Made by a program: the position numbers and the translations under genes. A stretch of 64,000 bases of DNA, from positions 32,001 to 96,000 of the forward strand of contig CAWJGT010000034.1 of NCBI GenBank assembly GCA_963842525.1. The letters are read 5' to 3'. The notes beneath the pieces are model-generated. The model saw only the letters and a program-made list of their open reading frames with translations, did not search any database and was not told where the DNA came from. Origin of the DNA: an uncultured Holophagales bacterium. Its GTDB lineage: Bacteria; Acidobacteriota; Thermoanaerobaculia; Multivoradales; UBA5704. Shown here piece by piece: positions 42,526-52,981 of the stretch (position 1 is its first letter; every line of letters starts with the position of its first letter).

Positions 42526-42751
42526 GGCCGCCCCCATTCCGGCAGCTCTCCGAACAGAACGGCTCCCCTCCCCCGCCGACCAGAGCGCGCGAGGGTAGGA
42601 TGTAGGTGCCGCAGCGGGCGCAGGCGACCAGCGGCTCGGCGGGCGGCTCGGGGGACCTCGGAGCGGCGGGGAGCCGGAGGCGATTCACCAGGCTCACCAG
42701 GCCAAGGTAGACCAGGTACGCCAGGACGGTGAAGAGGAGCAGCTTGGCCAT
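42512..42751 (-). CDS. Small membrane-anchored protein with CxxC...CxxxC (TRASH/PP0621-like)
   Basis: TM helix, LVACARCGTYI, FCSESCR. Confidence 0.75.
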   Translation of the reverse strand: MAKLLLFTVLAYLVYLGLVSLVNRLRLPAAPRSPEPPAEPLVACARCGTYILPSRALVGGGGEPFCSESCRNGGGQGRS

Positions 42752-42768
42752 CTCTGCTCCTCGGTCCG

Positions 42769-43440
42769 TCAGGCGGCGTTGCGCTGCTTGTCGACCTCGG
42801 CGGCGAGCTGGGTGACGCGGGGGTTGTCCGGTTGCCGCCGCTTGAGCTCTTCCAGGATCGGCTCGGCCTCGGCGAACTTCTTCTGGTTCAAGGCGAGGAC
42901 CACGACTTTGTTGAAGAGCGACTGCCAGTGGTCGGGGTTGGCCTGGAGCGCCTTGTCGAACTGCGCCAGCGCCTCGTCGTACCGCCTCAGGCCGCGGTAG
43001 GCGACGCCCAGGTCCGAGATGACGTCGGCATCGCCGGGCCGCAGCTCCAGATAGCGCGCGTAGTGCGCTCGCGACTCTTCCCAGAACCTGGACTCCCGTG
43101 GGTCACCGAAGAGGTTGGCGGCCATCTCGAAGTTGAGGTCAGCGAGCCGGCGGACCGCGTCCGCGTCGTCGGGGTTCCCCTTCAGGTAGTCCTGGATCTG
43201 CTGGATCTCCTGGATGGGCGGGACGGTGGAGGGATCAACCCCTGCGCCCGGAGCTCCGGCCTGGGGCGCACCGGTCATCCCCGTTCCGGCCTGCTGGCCC
43301 GTGGGTGCGGCGGCGGCGCCGGCCTGGAGCCGTGGCGGCTGTCTCGCCACCACGACCTCGTGCATCAGATAGCCCGCGATGAAGCCGAGCAGGACGCCGA
43401 AGACGGCGAAGATCAGGTTGTCCTTGTTGAGCGTGCTCAA
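42769..43440 (-). CDS. Membrane-anchored TPR protein
   Basis: TTG start, TM (LIFAVFGVLLGFIAGY), and TPRs (DLGVAYRGLRRYDEALAQFDKALQANPDH). Confidence 0.8.
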   Translation of the reverse strand: MSTLNKDNLIFAVFGVLLGFIAGYLMHEVVVARQPPRLQAGAAAAPTGQQAGTGMTGAPQAGAPGAGVDPSTVPPIQEIQQIQDYLKGNPDDADAVRRLADLNFEMAANLFGDPRESRFWEESRAHYARYLELRPGDADVISDLGVAYRGLRRYDEALAQFDKALQANPDHWQSLFNKVVVLALNQKKFAEAEPILEELKRRQPDNPRVTQLAAEVDKQRNAA

Positions 43441-43459
43441 GGTGGTCTCTCTCTCTCTC

Positions 43460-44197
43460 TCAGTTCCCGGCCCCGGCGCGCACGGCGGTCCATTCGCCGC
43501 GGTTCGGTTGACCGCTCGCAAGCTCGTTGGCAGTCCACGACCCGGTGATCCGCTGGGCCGCGGGATCGAAGGTCCCGAGCAAGACGCTGTCAAACCCGCC
43601 CTTGGCGTCGATCCTCTCCAGCCGCAGCCTGTCGTCTACGAAGGTGCCGCGCAGGGACCCCCGCGCGCCACCCGTCATCTCGTACGTCCCGGACACCACG
43701 GTCCCGTCCACCTGGAAGGCGAAGACCCCCGTCTGGTTGCCGGGCTGGATCTGCGCCTGCCAGCGGCCGGCGATCGACTCGTTGCGGATCCCCCGTCCTC
43801 CCAGCTCCCCTTCGAGGAAGCTGATGCGGCGCATCCGGTCGTGCAAGCTCTGGATCTGCCAGTCCAGCCGCTCCGAGGCGATCTGGGTCGCGGCCCGGGC
43901 GGCCGACAGGTTGTCGAACAGCTCCTCCAGGGTCCCCAGCGCGAGCGAGGCGCCCGAGAGGGCCTGGTCGAGCCGCTGCATGGCCTCGGCCACCGAGGCG
44001 CGCGCCCGTTGCTCACGGTCCCGCGCCTCCCGGTAGCCGACCAGGTCGAGGGCCAGGAGCTTGCGCTCGAGCTGCAGGTCGTTTTCGATCTGGGCGCGGT
44101 TCACGGACTGGGGAGCCTGTTGGGCCGTGCCCGGCCCGGCGGCCGGCGCGACGGTCATCAGGAGCGTGAGGATCATCAGGGGGGTGGCTCGCTTCAT
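43460..44197 (-). CDS. Secreted protein: coiled coil + C-terminal beta domain
   Basis: Signal peptide, heptad region, then IAGRWQ...ITGSW beta strands. Confidence 0.7.
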   Translation of the reverse strand: MKRATPLMILTLLMTVAPAAGPGTAQQAPQSVNRAQIENDLQLERKLLALDLVGYREARDREQRARASVAEAMQRLDQALSGASLALGTLEELFDNLSAARAATQIASERLDWQIQSLHDRMRRISFLEGELGGRGIRNESIAGRWQAQIQPGNQTGVFAFQVDGTVVSGTYEMTGGARGSLRGTFVDDRLRLERIDAKGGFDSVLLGTFDPAAQRITGSWTANELASGQPNRGEWTAVRAGAGN

Positions 44198-44220
44198 GCG
44201 GCGGATTGTACCAGGGGCCT

Positions 44221-44254
44221 GAAAAGAAAAAGGCCACCCCGGCAGGATGGCCTT
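44221..44254 (-). terminator. Putative intrinsic terminator of carD
   Basis: AAGGCCA-loop-TGGCCTT stem followed on the minus strand by TTTTCTTTTC. Confidence 0.55.
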
Positions 44255-44275
44255 ACAAGACATCTGAGCTGCGTT

Positions 44276-44334
44276 CCCCCCTCTCCCGGGGGCAGGGTGT
44301 GCGGATGGGAGAGGGGGGGCCAGGGGGGTGAGGG
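44276..44334. repeat. GC-rich REP-like element (CCCCTCTCCC...GGATGGGAGAGGGG...GGGGTGAGGG)
   Basis: Same family as the two copies at 51974-52126. Confidence 0.7.
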
Positions 44335-44335
44335 A

Positions 44336-44857
44336 TCAGCTTGCGACCTTGGCCGCGCGGTTGCGCTTTGCCAGACTTGAGCTCAGCGCCGCTTCGACCT
44401 GCTCTTCCGCCTCCCGCTCGTTGATCTGCCGCACATGGGCGATCTCGCTCACGATGAAGTACTTGGCGCGCTCGTACATCTTCTTCTCGCGGAAGGAGAG
44501 GCTCTTGCGCTGGCTGACGAGACGCAGGTTCTTGAGGACCTCCGCCACGTCGGTGAGCCGGCCCGTCTTCATCTTGTCGAGGTTCTGCTTGTAGCGCCCT
44601 TTCCAGTCCTTGTAGGTGTCGATGTTACCGTCCTCGAGGATTTCGAAAAGAGCGCGAACTTCCCGCTGGTGGCACAGCGGGCGAAGGCCTACGAGCTCCA
44701 GGTTGGCCTTGGGGACCATGACCTTGGAGTTGTTGCCCAGCAGCTTCAGGTGGTAGTAGAGATGCTCGGCCCCGTCCATTTCCGCAGGCCCGATCTTCTC
44801 GACCAGACCGACGCCGTGGTTAGGGTAAACCACTTTTTGACCGACCTTGAATGTCAC
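44336..44857 (-). CDS. carD: CarD family transcription factor
   Basis: FKVGQKVVYPNHGVG, KVMVP...VGLRPL, W(K)GRYK, LSFREKKM. Confidence 0.92.
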   Translation of the reverse strand: MTFKVGQKVVYPNHGVGLVEKIGPAEMDGAEHLYYHLKLLGNNSKVMVPKANLELVGLRPLCHQREVRALFEILEDGNIDTYKDWKGRYKQNLDKMKTGRLTDVAEVLKNLRLVSQRKSLSFREKKMYERAKYFIVSEIAHVRQINEREAEEQVEAALSSSLAKRNRAAKVAS

Positions 44858-45010
44858 GTCGACCCCCTTGAATGGATACCAGATTGTGGAGAGACGACAG
44901 TAAGTCGCTGAGGGACATTCGCTTACGCCGCAACTATTTGTACACCAGAACGGGCGATTCGTCAACCCGGAAAGTCTTCGGCGGGTCCCAAGGGTGAAGG
45001 GAGAGCAGAT

Positions 45011-45039
45011 TTGACAGCGGCCCGGGGGAGTCCTAGGAT
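45011..45039 (+). promoter_or_regulatory. Sigma-70 promoter for tRNA-Leu
   Basis: TTGACA-N17-TAGGAT ending 16 bp before the tRNA. Confidence 0.75.
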
Positions 45040-45055
45040 TCCGTTTCCTTCACTC

Positions 45056-45141
45056 GCCGGAGTGGCGGAATGGCAGACGCAGGGGACTCAAAATCCCCCG
45101 TCCGCAAGGGCGTGTGGGTTCGACTCCCACCTCCGGCACCA
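45056..45141 (+). tRNA. tRNA-Leu(CAA)
   Basis: GCCGGAG/CTCCGGC acceptor stem, anticodon arm GGGGA-CTCAAAA-TCCCC, long variable arm, GGTTCGACTCC, and encoded CCA. Confidence 0.97.
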
Positions 45142-45297
45142 CCCGTACCCCTACAGCCGGCCGCGGCCCCCGCACTCCTTGCAGGGCCGGTCGGACGTCC
45201 CGCCGGTGCCGCGGCAGCGGGGGCAGACGTGGCCGCGGCGGACCAGGGCGAGGACACGGCGGAGGAGGGTGCGGAGGTCCACCGGTCTACTCGCAGT

Positions 45298-46521
45298 CTA
45301 TTCGTAGCGGAGGGCTTCGATGGGGTCGAGGCGCGACGCCTTGCCGGCCGGGTAGATGCCGAAGAAGATCCCCACCAGGGCCGAGAAGCCGAAGGAGAGG
45401 GCCACCGCCCAGAACGGGACGTGCGCCGGCGGGAAGTTGCCCGGGATCATCTGGGAGATCACCGCGCCCATGCCCCAGCCGAGCGCCAGCCCGGTCGCGC
45501 CGCCGACCAGCGAAAGAGTCACGGCCTCGATCAGGAACTGCACCAGGATGTCCTGGCGGCGCGCTCCCACGGCCTTGCGGACGCCGATCTCCCGCGTCCG
45601 CTCGGTCACCGAGACCAGCATGATGTTCATGATGCCGATGCCGCCGACCAGCAGGGCGATCCCCACCACGCCGCCGACCACCGCGGTGACGTTGTTGAGG
45701 ATGGTCGAGGTGAACTTCAGGATCTCGTCCTGCTTGATCACCACGAAGTCGTCCGGTTGCCCCTTGGCGATACGGTGCCGCTGCCGCAGGACGCGGGCGA
45801 CGCCGTCCTTGACCTCGTCGACGACCTCCGGCGTCTCGGCCTGGAGCTGGAGCTGCACCTGGTCTCCGGCATTGCGGCCGAAGAGCGACACCGCGGCGTC
45901 GAAGGGGACGAAGACCAGGTCGTCCCGGTTCTGGCCGAGCGACTGGCCGCGCGCCTCCATGATCCCGATCACCGTCGCCGGCGTGTTGCCGACGTAGATC
46001 TCCTTGCCGACCGGGTCGTTCCCCAGCTTGAGCTCGTCGACCACGTCCTGCCCCACCACCGCCACCTTGCGCCGGTGCTCGAGGTCGATCCTGGAGATGA
46101 AGCGCCCGCGGTCGACGGTGTGGTTGGTGATGTCGGGGTAGTCGTCGGTGACGCCGAAGACGGCGTCCGGCCGGTGGGTGCGGTCCCGGTACTTGACCTC
46201 GCTCTGCCCCATGATCATCGGGGTGATCATCTTGACGCCGGGGACCTCGTCGCGGATGGCCTTGCCGTCGTCCCAGGTGAGCTTGACCTGGCGCGCGACC
46301 ACGCCGTGCCCGCGCTCCTGCTGGTCGGCCATGACCATGATGTAGGTGGCGCCGATCCCCTGGAACTGCTCGTTGATGGTGAACTGCAGCCCCTGGACGA
46401 TGGAGACCACCGCCACCACCGCGGCCACGCCGATGATGATCCCCAGGGTCGTCAGGATCGACCGCATCTTGTTGGCCCGCAGGGCCGTAAAAGCGATCCG
46501 GAAGTTCTCAAGAACGATCAT
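45298..46521 (-). CDS. MacB/FtsX-like ABC permease
   Basis: RSILTTLGIIIGV, GGIGIMNIMLVSVTERTREIGVRKAVGA, LDPIEALRYE. Confidence 0.93.
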   Translation of the reverse strand: MIVLENFRIAFTALRANKMRSILTTLGIIIGVAAVVAVVSIVQGLQFTINEQFQGIGATYIMVMADQQERGHGVVARQVKLTWDDGKAIRDEVPGVKMITPMIMGQSEVKYRDRTHRPDAVFGVTDDYPDITNHTVDRGRFISRIDLEHRRKVAVVGQDVVDELKLGNDPVGKEIYVGNTPATVIGIMEARGQSLGQNRDDLVFVPFDAAVSLFGRNAGDQVQLQLQAETPEVVDEVKDGVARVLRQRHRIAKGQPDDFVVIKQDEILKFTSTILNNVTAVVGGVVGIALLVGGIGIMNIMLVSVTERTREIGVRKAVGARRQDILVQFLIEAVTLSLVGGATGLALGWGMGAVISQMIPGNFPPAHVPFWAVALSFGFSALVGIFFGIYPAGKASRLDPIEALRYE

Positions 46522-46538
46522 GGCGCGCCTGTCATTCT

Positions 46539-47246
46539 TCAGCGGCCGGCGCCGACGGCGGCGCGCTCCGTCGGCTGGTCGGCGAGGATCTTGCCGTCGC
46601 GGAGCTGCACCTGGCGCCAGGAATGCTGGGCGATGTCGTGCTCGTGGGTGACCACGATGACGGTGTTGCCGGACTGGTGGAGGTCGTCGAAGAGGTCCAT
46701 GATCTCGGCCGAGGTCGCCGAGTCGAGGTTCCCGGTCGGCTCGTCGGCCAGCAGGATCGACGGGTTGTTGACCAGGGCGCGGGCGACCGCCACGCGCTGG
46801 CGCTGGCCGCCGGACAGCTCGTTCGGGTGGTGGTGCATGCGGTCGCCGAGGCCGACCCGCTCCAGGGCGCGGCGGGCGCGCTCGCGCCGCTCGGACCGCG
46901 AGACGCCGGCGTAGATCAGGGGCAGCTCGACGTTCTGGAGAGCGCTGGTGCGCGCCAGCAGGTTGAAGGTCTGGAAGACGAACCCGATCTCCTTGTTGCG
47001 CACGGCGGCGAGCTGGGTGTCGTCGAGCTCCTCGACCGCCACGCTGTTCAGGTGGTAGCTGCCGGAGGTCGGGGTGTCCAGGCAGCCGATCAGGTTCATC
47101 AGGGTCGACTTGCCGCTGCCGGAGGCCCCCATGATCGCCACGTACTCGCCCTTGTCGATGTCGAGGGTGAGGCCGTTCAAGGCCCGCACCTCTTCGGTCC
47201 CCATGATGTAGATCTTCTGGATGTCGCGCAGCTCGATGATGGGCAT
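46539..47246 (-). CDS. MacB/LolD-like ABC ATPase
   Basis: [37 protein letters not shown]. Confidence 0.93.
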   Translation of the reverse strand: MPIIELRDIQKIYIMGTEEVRALNGLTLDIDKGEYVAIMGASGSGKSTLMNLIGCLDTPTSGSYHLNSVAVEELDDTQLAAVRNKEIGFVFQTFNLLARTSALQNVELPLIYAGVSRSERRERARRALERVGLGDRMHHHPNELSGGQRQRVAVARALVNNPSILLADEPTGNLDSATSAEIMDLFDDLHQSGNTVIVVTHEHDIAQHSWRQVQLRDGKILADQPTERAAVGAGR

Positions 47247-48547
47247 CAGTTGTCGTCTCCACCGTCGCCCTGGTCGTCCTCTTCGTCCTGGTTCCCGTTG
47301 CCGCCGGAGCTGGCCTTCTTCTCGTCGTCGGGCTTCGTGACCTGGACCTCGTCGCCGTCCTTGAGGTCGCGCAGCGAGCGGTAGGGCCCGGTCACCACCT
47401 GCTCGTTCGGTTTCAGGCCGGCGAGGATCTCGACCCGAGTCTCGTCCGAGATGCCGGTGCGCACGGCGCGCTGGCGGGCCTTGCCGTCCTCGATCACGAA
47501 GACGACCTTGATCTCCTCGTCACTCCCAGGATTGCCGGAGCCGGCCTTTTTATTCCCGTCCGGCCCGTTCGCGAGCGGTGGACGCTCGACGACCGCCTGG
47601 ATCGGCACCGCCAGGGTCTCGCTCTGCTCGCGGGTCTCGATCTCGGAGCGCACCGACATCTTCGGCCGCAGGTCCTCGGTCGGGTTGTCGAGCAGGATCT
47701 CGACGTCGAAGAAGGTGACGTCGGGCTGCGCCGGACGGTTGAAGCCGGAGCTTCCCACCCGGACTACCCGTCCTTCATAGGTGCGGTCCGGCAAGGCGTC
47801 GACGCGCACGGTCGCCTTCTGCCCCGGCCTGACGTTGACGATCTCGGTCTCGTCCACGTCCACGTTGGCCAGGATCTCCGACAGGTCGGCGACCGTGGCA
47901 ATGACCGAGCCTGCGTTGTTCATGGTGCCGGAGACCACGATCTCGCCCTCCTCGGCGTTCAGGTCCACCACGCGGCCCGTGAGAGGGGAGAAGATGGTGG
48001 TCTTGGCCAGGTCGTCGAGCGCCTTTTCGAGGTTGGCCCGGGCCTGCTGGACCGACTCGCGGGCATCCTCCAGGCGCAGGCGCGCCTGCGCCTCGGCCAG
48101 CACCGCCCCCTCCAGGTCCTGGTCCGAGCTGATCCCTTCCTCCTTGAGCCGGTTGGCGCGCGCCAGCTTGTTGCGGCTGTCGGCGAGGGAGACCTCGGCC
48201 TGCCGCACGTCGGTCTGGGCGCGCCGGAGCTGTGCCGCCCACTGGTCGCGCTCGGCGATGTAGATCTCCTTCTCCAGCTCGAGGAAGGGACGTCCCTTCT
48301 CGACCCGGTCGCCCTCCTCGACGTACAGCTTCAGGATCTTGCCGATGACGTGCGCCGAGATGTTGACCTTGACGCGCGGATCGATCTCGCCGCTCGCCTT
48401 GACGACCTGGCCGAGCTTCTGCCGCTGCGCCGGGTCGGCGTAGACCTTGGCGCCCTTCGCGCCTCTACCCGCCCGCATACTGGCAAAGACGATCGCGGCC
48501 AGGGCGAGCACCACGAGCGTACCGATGACGAATTTCTTCACGCCCAC
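47246..48547 (-). CDS. Periplasmic adaptor / membrane fusion protein (MacA-like)
   Basis: N-terminal TM, lipoyl-hairpin-lipoyl pattern, VDETEI, and GLKPNEQVV. Confidence 0.9.
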   Translation of the reverse strand: MGVKKFVIGTLVVLALAAIVFASMRAGRGAKGAKVYADPAQRQKLGQVVKASGEIDPRVKVNISAHVIGKILKLYVEEGDRVEKGRPFLELEKEIYIAERDQWAAQLRRAQTDVRQAEVSLADSRNKLARANRLKEEGISSDQDLEGAVLAEAQARLRLEDARESVQQARANLEKALDDLAKTTIFSPLTGRVVDLNAEEGEIVVSGTMNNAGSVIATVADLSEILANVDVDETEIVNVRPGQKATVRVDALPDRTYEGRVVRVGSSGFNRPAQPDVTFFDVEILLDNPTEDLRPKMSVRSEIETREQSETLAVPIQAVVERPPLANGPDGNKKAGSGNPGSDEEIKVVFVIEDGKARQRAVRTGISDETRVEILAGLKPNEQVVTGPYRSLRDLKDGDEVQVTKPDDEKKASSGGNGNQDEEDDQGDGGDDN

Positions 48548-48550
48548 TCC

Positions 48551-49252
48551 TTAACTGAACGCGGCCGCCATCCCCACCCTGGCTGCCACCAGAAGCAGCC
48601 AGAGGGTGACCATGACCGCCGCGGCGGCCGCGGTGGACACCTTCGCGACCACGCGATAGCCGATGATGAGGAGCACCAGGATCCAGATCGAAAACAGGTC
48701 TACGCTCGCCAGGAGCGCCGTCACAGCCGGCCCGGCGTCCTCGGGCGCCAGGGGGCCGAGGTTGGACAGCAGCAATCCCCCCTGTGTCTCCTCGACCGTG
48801 AACGAGTCGCGGCGCAGGATGAGCGGCAGGGTCAGCAGGCAGGACACGGCCAGAGGCATCAGCCCATACAGGAGAGTCGACAGGCTGGCCTTATAGTCGA
48901 TCTCGGAGCCGAACAGCCGGAAGACCACCAGGAAGATGGCCGCGATGATGAGGAAGCCCACGGGCCAGCCCAGGAGCCCCATGGCCAGCGCGGCGGAGGG
49001 CGCGAACTTCTCCGTCATCTCCTCCATCTGGACCATCTGCTCCTCGGAGACCTGCCGGTTCTGCTCCGCCATCTGCTTGCGGAACATGTCCCCGTAGTCG
49101 ACGCGCCCCGCGACCAGGAAGCCGGTCACCCCCAGCAGGACGGCCAGGACCAGGAGCGGCGCCAGCCAGGTGGGCCGCAGCGCGATCGACTTGAACGTCT
49201 TTTCGGGGGCGACGAGGACGCCGATCAACCGCCCCCAGGCCGAGTCGTTCAT
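48551..49252 (-). CDS. Yip1-family membrane protein
   Basis: LVAPEKTFKSI N-terminus, 5 TM helices, DLFSIW. Typical YknW-like position in the operon. Confidence 0.8.
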   Translation of the reverse strand: MNDSAWGRLIGVLVAPEKTFKSIALRPTWLAPLLVLAVLLGVTGFLVAGRVDYGDMFRKQMAEQNRQVSEEQMVQMEEMTEKFAPSAALAMGLLGWPVGFLIIAAIFLVVFRLFGSEIDYKASLSTLLYGLMPLAVSCLLTLPLILRRDSFTVEETQGGLLLSNLGPLAPEDAGPAVTALLASVDLFSIWILVLLIIGYRVVAKVSTAAAAAVMVTLWLLLVAARVGMAAAFS

Positions 49253-49261
49253 CTGCGTCTC

Positions 49262-50905
49262 CTACCGGCCGAAGAGCCGGAATTGAAAGCGGTCGATCGG
49301 ATGGTCGGGGTCATCCAGGGCGATGCCCTGGCTGTCCAGGAGCTGCCCGGTGGCGCGCTCGAAGTCGGTGATCGCCCGCCGGTAGGTCACGACGGCGCTC
49401 ACCTCGCGGCTGCGCGCCTGGGTCAGGTCGTCCTGGATGCGGGTGATCTCGAAGCTCGACGACATGCCGTTCTCGTAGCGCTTGCGCTCGGCTTCGAGGC
49501 TCCGCTCCTGGAAACGGACGGAGGCCCGCGCGGCATCGATCTGCTTCAACGCCGTATCGACCCGCCGGGCGGTCTGCCGCACCTCGGTGATGACGCCCTG
49601 CTGGATGTCCTCGAGCACCGCCTCGGTGCGCTCGTGCTCGAGCCGGTCGGTGGCGAGCTGCGCCCGCGCCGCCCGGTTCTGCAGCGGAAAGCCGAAGACC
49701 AGCGAGGCGGTCCACCCGTCGAAGTCGAGCCCCGTCACCTGGCTGAAGGCGTCGCCGTAGCCGCCGGGGAAGGTGCGGATGATCTCGTTGGTCGCCCGGT
49801 CGCGCTCGATCAGGGTGCCGCCGACGCCGCTCAGGCCGTAATCGAGGGTCAGGTCGAGGGATGGCTTGAGCTGGTTGCGGGAGTAGCTCCACTCAAGGCG
49901 GGCCTGCTCGATCAGCGACTGCTGCGCCCGGATCTCGGGCCGCTCGGCGAGGGCCGTCTGGATCGCCTGGTTGAGGTCGATGCTCACCTTCTCCGCCTCC
50001 GGCTCGGTCGCCGGCTTGATCTCGGCCTGCCAGAGCTCGCCCTGCGGCAGGTTGAGCAGGCGGCGTAGCGCGTCCTCGGCGTCGCCCACCGCGCCCTGGG
50101 AGCGGATGATCTCCTCTTCGCGGGTGGCGATGGCCGCCTCGCTCTGCACCAGCTCAAGGGGCGCCAGGGTGCCGACCTCGACCTGGATGCGGTTGCGGTC
50201 GTGGAGCTCCTTGGCGAGGTCGAGGCTCTGCTGGGCCACCAGGAGCTGCTCGCGCGCTTCGACGAGGTCCCAGTAGGCGTTGATCACCTGCTGTGTCGTC
50301 AAGGTGACCTGGCGCTCGAGCTCGTCGCGGCTGCCCTCGTTGCGGCTGCGGGCGAGCAGGATCTGGCGCTCGGTGGCCAGGCGTCCGAAGTCGCGCAGCA
50401 GCGGCTGCCTGAAGGTGAAGCCCAGGCCCGAGGTGTAGCGGGGACTGAAGAGGGTCGTCGGGGAGTTCTCCTCCTGCCGGCTGTTGTCCCATCCCACGGT
50501 GAACCGGCCGCCGGTCGGGACGATCTGGTCGAAGCCGACGTTGAGCACCTGCCGGTTCGTCTGCGAGCCCTCAAAGGTCGTCAGGGCCGGCGAGGCGACG
50601 TCCGAGGCGGTGGCCGTAGCATTCAACAGCGTGTCATAGATACCGAGGGTCTGGTCCACCGCCAGCCGCGCCTGGTTGCGGGTAAAGCGCTGGACGAGAA
50701 GCCCGATGTTCCGTTGCAGTGCGATCTCGACGGCATCCTGGAGCGAAAGCACGATGGCGCCTTCCTGCACCTCGACCGGCGCCGCGTCCGGCGGCGGGGT
50801 GACTGCGGTGTCGACCTTGACCTGCGCGCGCAGCGCGCCCGAAAGGGCCAGCAGCGCCAGCCCGCAAACTTGCAAGACTTTGGATCTCAAGAGCGTTGTC
50901 CTCAT
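49262..50905 (-). CDS. TolC-family outer membrane efflux protein
   Basis: Signal peptide, LSLQDAVEIALQRN, QPLLRDFG, AERKRYENG. Confidence 0.9.
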   Translation of the reverse strand: MRTTLLRSKVLQVCGLALLALSGALRAQVKVDTAVTPPPDAAPVEVQEGAIVLSLQDAVEIALQRNIGLLVQRFTRNQARLAVDQTLGIYDTLLNATATASDVASPALTTFEGSQTNRQVLNVGFDQIVPTGGRFTVGWDNSRQEENSPTTLFSPRYTSGLGFTFRQPLLRDFGRLATERQILLARSRNEGSRDELERQVTLTTQQVINAYWDLVEAREQLLVAQQSLDLAKELHDRNRIQVEVGTLAPLELVQSEAAIATREEEIIRSQGAVGDAEDALRRLLNLPQGELWQAEIKPATEPEAEKVSIDLNQAIQTALAERPEIRAQQSLIEQARLEWSYSRNQLKPSLDLTLDYGLSGVGGTLIERDRATNEIIRTFPGGYGDAFSQVTGLDFDGWTASLVFGFPLQNRAARAQLATDRLEHERTEAVLEDIQQGVITEVRQTARRVDTALKQIDAARASVRFQERSLEAERKRYENGMSSSFEITRIQDDLTQARSREVSAVVTYRRAITDFERATGQLLDSQGIALDDPDHPIDRFQFRLFGR

Positions 50906-50991
50906 GAATGGCCCTCACCTTGTAGCGGCGTCACGTCAATGCAACCAATGTATACGAAATCGCGCGGCGGCCTATGGGGGCCTCAGCAGAA

Positions 50992-52968
50992 TTACGCGCG
51001 AGGCCTTTGAATGTTTACAAGTTCCTCCAGCTCACCTGGATAGAAGCACGCCGCCGGATGCGACTCCGGCCCCGCGGCGGCCAGCTCCGGCACCTCGACG
51101 GCGCAATGCGGCCGGGCGATCGGGCAACGCGGATGGAACGGGCAGCCCGAAGGCGGCTCGAACGGGCTCGGCAGCTCCCCCCGTAGCACGATCCGGTCGC
51201 GGCGGCGGCGCGGCACCGGGGCCGGCACCGCCGACAGCAGACTGAACGTATACGGATGAAGCGGCCGGCGGAACAGCTCCGCGCTGGGCGCCAGCTCGAC
51301 CAGCCGGCCGAGGTAGAGCACGGCGACCCGGTCGGCGAGCTGTGCCACGGCCGCGAGGTCGTGGCTGATGAAGAGCATGGCCAACCCGAGCCTCCGGCGC
51401 AAGCCCGCCAGCAGATCGAGGACCTGGGCGCGCACGGAGACGTCCAGCGCCGAGACCGGCTCGTCGGCCACCAGCAGCTCGGGCTCCACCGCCAGCGCCC
51501 GGGCGATGCCCACGCGCTGCCGCTGTCCCCCCGAGAGCTGGTGCGGGTAGCGGCCGGCCAGGGCGGGATCGAGCCCCACGGTGGTGAGCAGCTCCTCGAC
51601 CCGCGCCGCGCGTCCGGCCCGCGGCACCCGGTCGTGGATCGCCAGCGGCTCGGCCACGATGGAGCCAACCCGCTGGCGCGGATCGAGCGAGCCGTAGGGA
51701 TCCTGGAACACCATCTGGAACCGGCGCCGCTGCGTCCGCAGCTCCTTGGTGCCGAGCGCGAGCAGGTCCTCGCCGTCGAAGAGGACGCGGCCGGAGTCCG
51801 GCTCGATCAGCCGCACCAGGCACCGTCCCAGGGTGGTCTTGCCGCTCCCCGACTCCCCCACCAGCGCCAGGCACTCGCCGCGGCGGATTTCCAGGTCCAC
51901 CGCTGCCACGGCGCTCACCCGGCCGCGGCGGGTGGGGAAGGTCTTGGTGAGCTCGCGGGCCGAGAGGAGGGGGCCCTCACCCCCCTGGCCTCCCTCTCCC
52001 ATCCGCATTCCCACCTCCCGGGAGAGGGGGGAAAAGGCGGGAGAGGCCCCAGGGCTGGAGAGAGCCACATCTCCCCTCTCCCGGTGGTCGGGGAGTGCGG
52101 ATGGGAGAGGGGCCGGGGGTGAGGGGACCCCCGGCACCGCCGCCAGCAGCGATCTCGTATAAGGGTGGGCCGGTGCCCGGAACAGCGTCTCCACGTCCGC
52201 CTCCTCGACGATTTCGCCCCTGTGCATGACCGCGGCGCGGTCGCAGGTCTCGGCCACGATCCCCAGGTCGTGGGTGATCAGCAGGACCGAGAGGCCGAGG
52301 TCGGCGCGCAGCCCCTCCAGCAATTCGAGGATCTGGGCCTGGATGGTCACGTCGAGCGCCGTGGTCGGCTCGTCGGCGAGCAGCAGGTCCGGACCGGCGG
52401 CCAGGGCCATGGCGATCCCTACCCTCTGCCGCTGCCCTCCCGAGAGCTGGTGCGGATAGTCGCCGAGCCGGCGGCGGGCGTCCGGCAGGGCCACGCGGTC
52501 GAGCAGGCGGGCCGCCTCGTCGAGGGCCTCGCGCCGCGACACCCGCCGGTGCGCGCGCACCGCCTCGGCGATCTGGAACCCCACGGTGTAGACCGGGTTC
52601 AACGCTGTCGCCGGCTCCTGGAAGACGAAGCCGATCCGCCCGCCGCGCACCTTGCGCATCTCCCGCTCGGGCAGAGTCAGGAGGTCTCCTCCGACACCGT
52701 CCAGCCGGATGCGGCCGGACACCCGGCCCGGCGGCGGCACCAGGCGGAGGACCGACAGGGCGGTCAGCGTCTTGCCCGAGCCCGACTCCCCCACCAGTCC
52801 GACGATCTCGCCGTGGCCGACGGCGAGCGAGACTCCGCGCAGGACGCTCTCCCAGCGCGGCACTCCCTGCGGTCCGCCCGGCCCGCGGCGGGGAAACGCG
52901 ACCTCGAGCCCCTGGATGTCCAGGAGGGGCAGGAGGGGCGGGCGGGCCGATGCCGGGAGCTCGGACAC
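50992..52968 (-). CDS. Fused OppD/OppF-type peptide ABC ATPase
   Basis: Two NBDs (GESGSGKT x2, LSGGQRQR x2, HPYT x2) and a C-terminal GCPFHPRCP...C...ACF cluster motif. Confidence 0.92.
   Translation of the reverse strand: MSELPASARPPLLPLLDIQGLEVAFPRRGPGGPQGVPRWESVLRGVSLAVGHGEIVGLVGESGSGKTLTALSVLRLVPPPGRVSGRIRLDGVGGDLLTLPEREMRKVRGGRIGFVFQEPATALNPVYTVGFQIAEAVRAHRRVSRREALDEAARLLDRVALPDARRRLGDYPHQLSGGQRQRVGIAMALAAGPDLLLADEPTTALDVTIQAQILELLEGLRADLGLSVLLITHDLGIVAETCDRAAVMHRGEIVEEADVETLFRAPAHPYTRSLLAAVPGVPSPPAPLPSALPDHRERGDVALSSPGASPAFSPLSREVGMRMGEGGQGGEGPLLSARELTKTFPTRRGRVSAVAAVDLEIRRGECLALVGESGSGKTTLGRCLVRLIEPDSGRVLFDGEDLLALGTKELRTQRRRFQMVFQDPYGSLDPRQRVGSIVAEPLAIHDRVPRAGRAARVEELLTTVGLDPALAGRYPHQLSGGQRQRVGIARALAVEPELLVADEPVSALDVSVRAQVLDLLAGLRRRLGLAMLFISHDLAAVAQLADRVAVLYLGRLVELAPSAELFRRPLHPYTFSLLSAVPAPVPRRRRDRIVLRGELPSPFEPPSGCPFHPRCPIARPHCAVEVPELAAAGPESHPAACFYPGELEELVNIQRPRA
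51974..52126. repeat. Inverted REP-like doublet lying in frame inside the ABC ATPase linker
   Basis: CCCTCACCCCCCTGGCCTCCCTCTCCCATCCGCA ... TGCGGATGGGAGAGGGGCCGGGGGTGAGGG, matching the intergenic copy at 44276. Confidence 0.75.
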
Positions 52969-52981
52969 TATTCGGACGATA

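Noticed and set aside
45056-45300. tRNA-Leu as integration site of an island or prophage
   Set aside because: No integrase and no duplicated tRNA 3' end were seen in the window.
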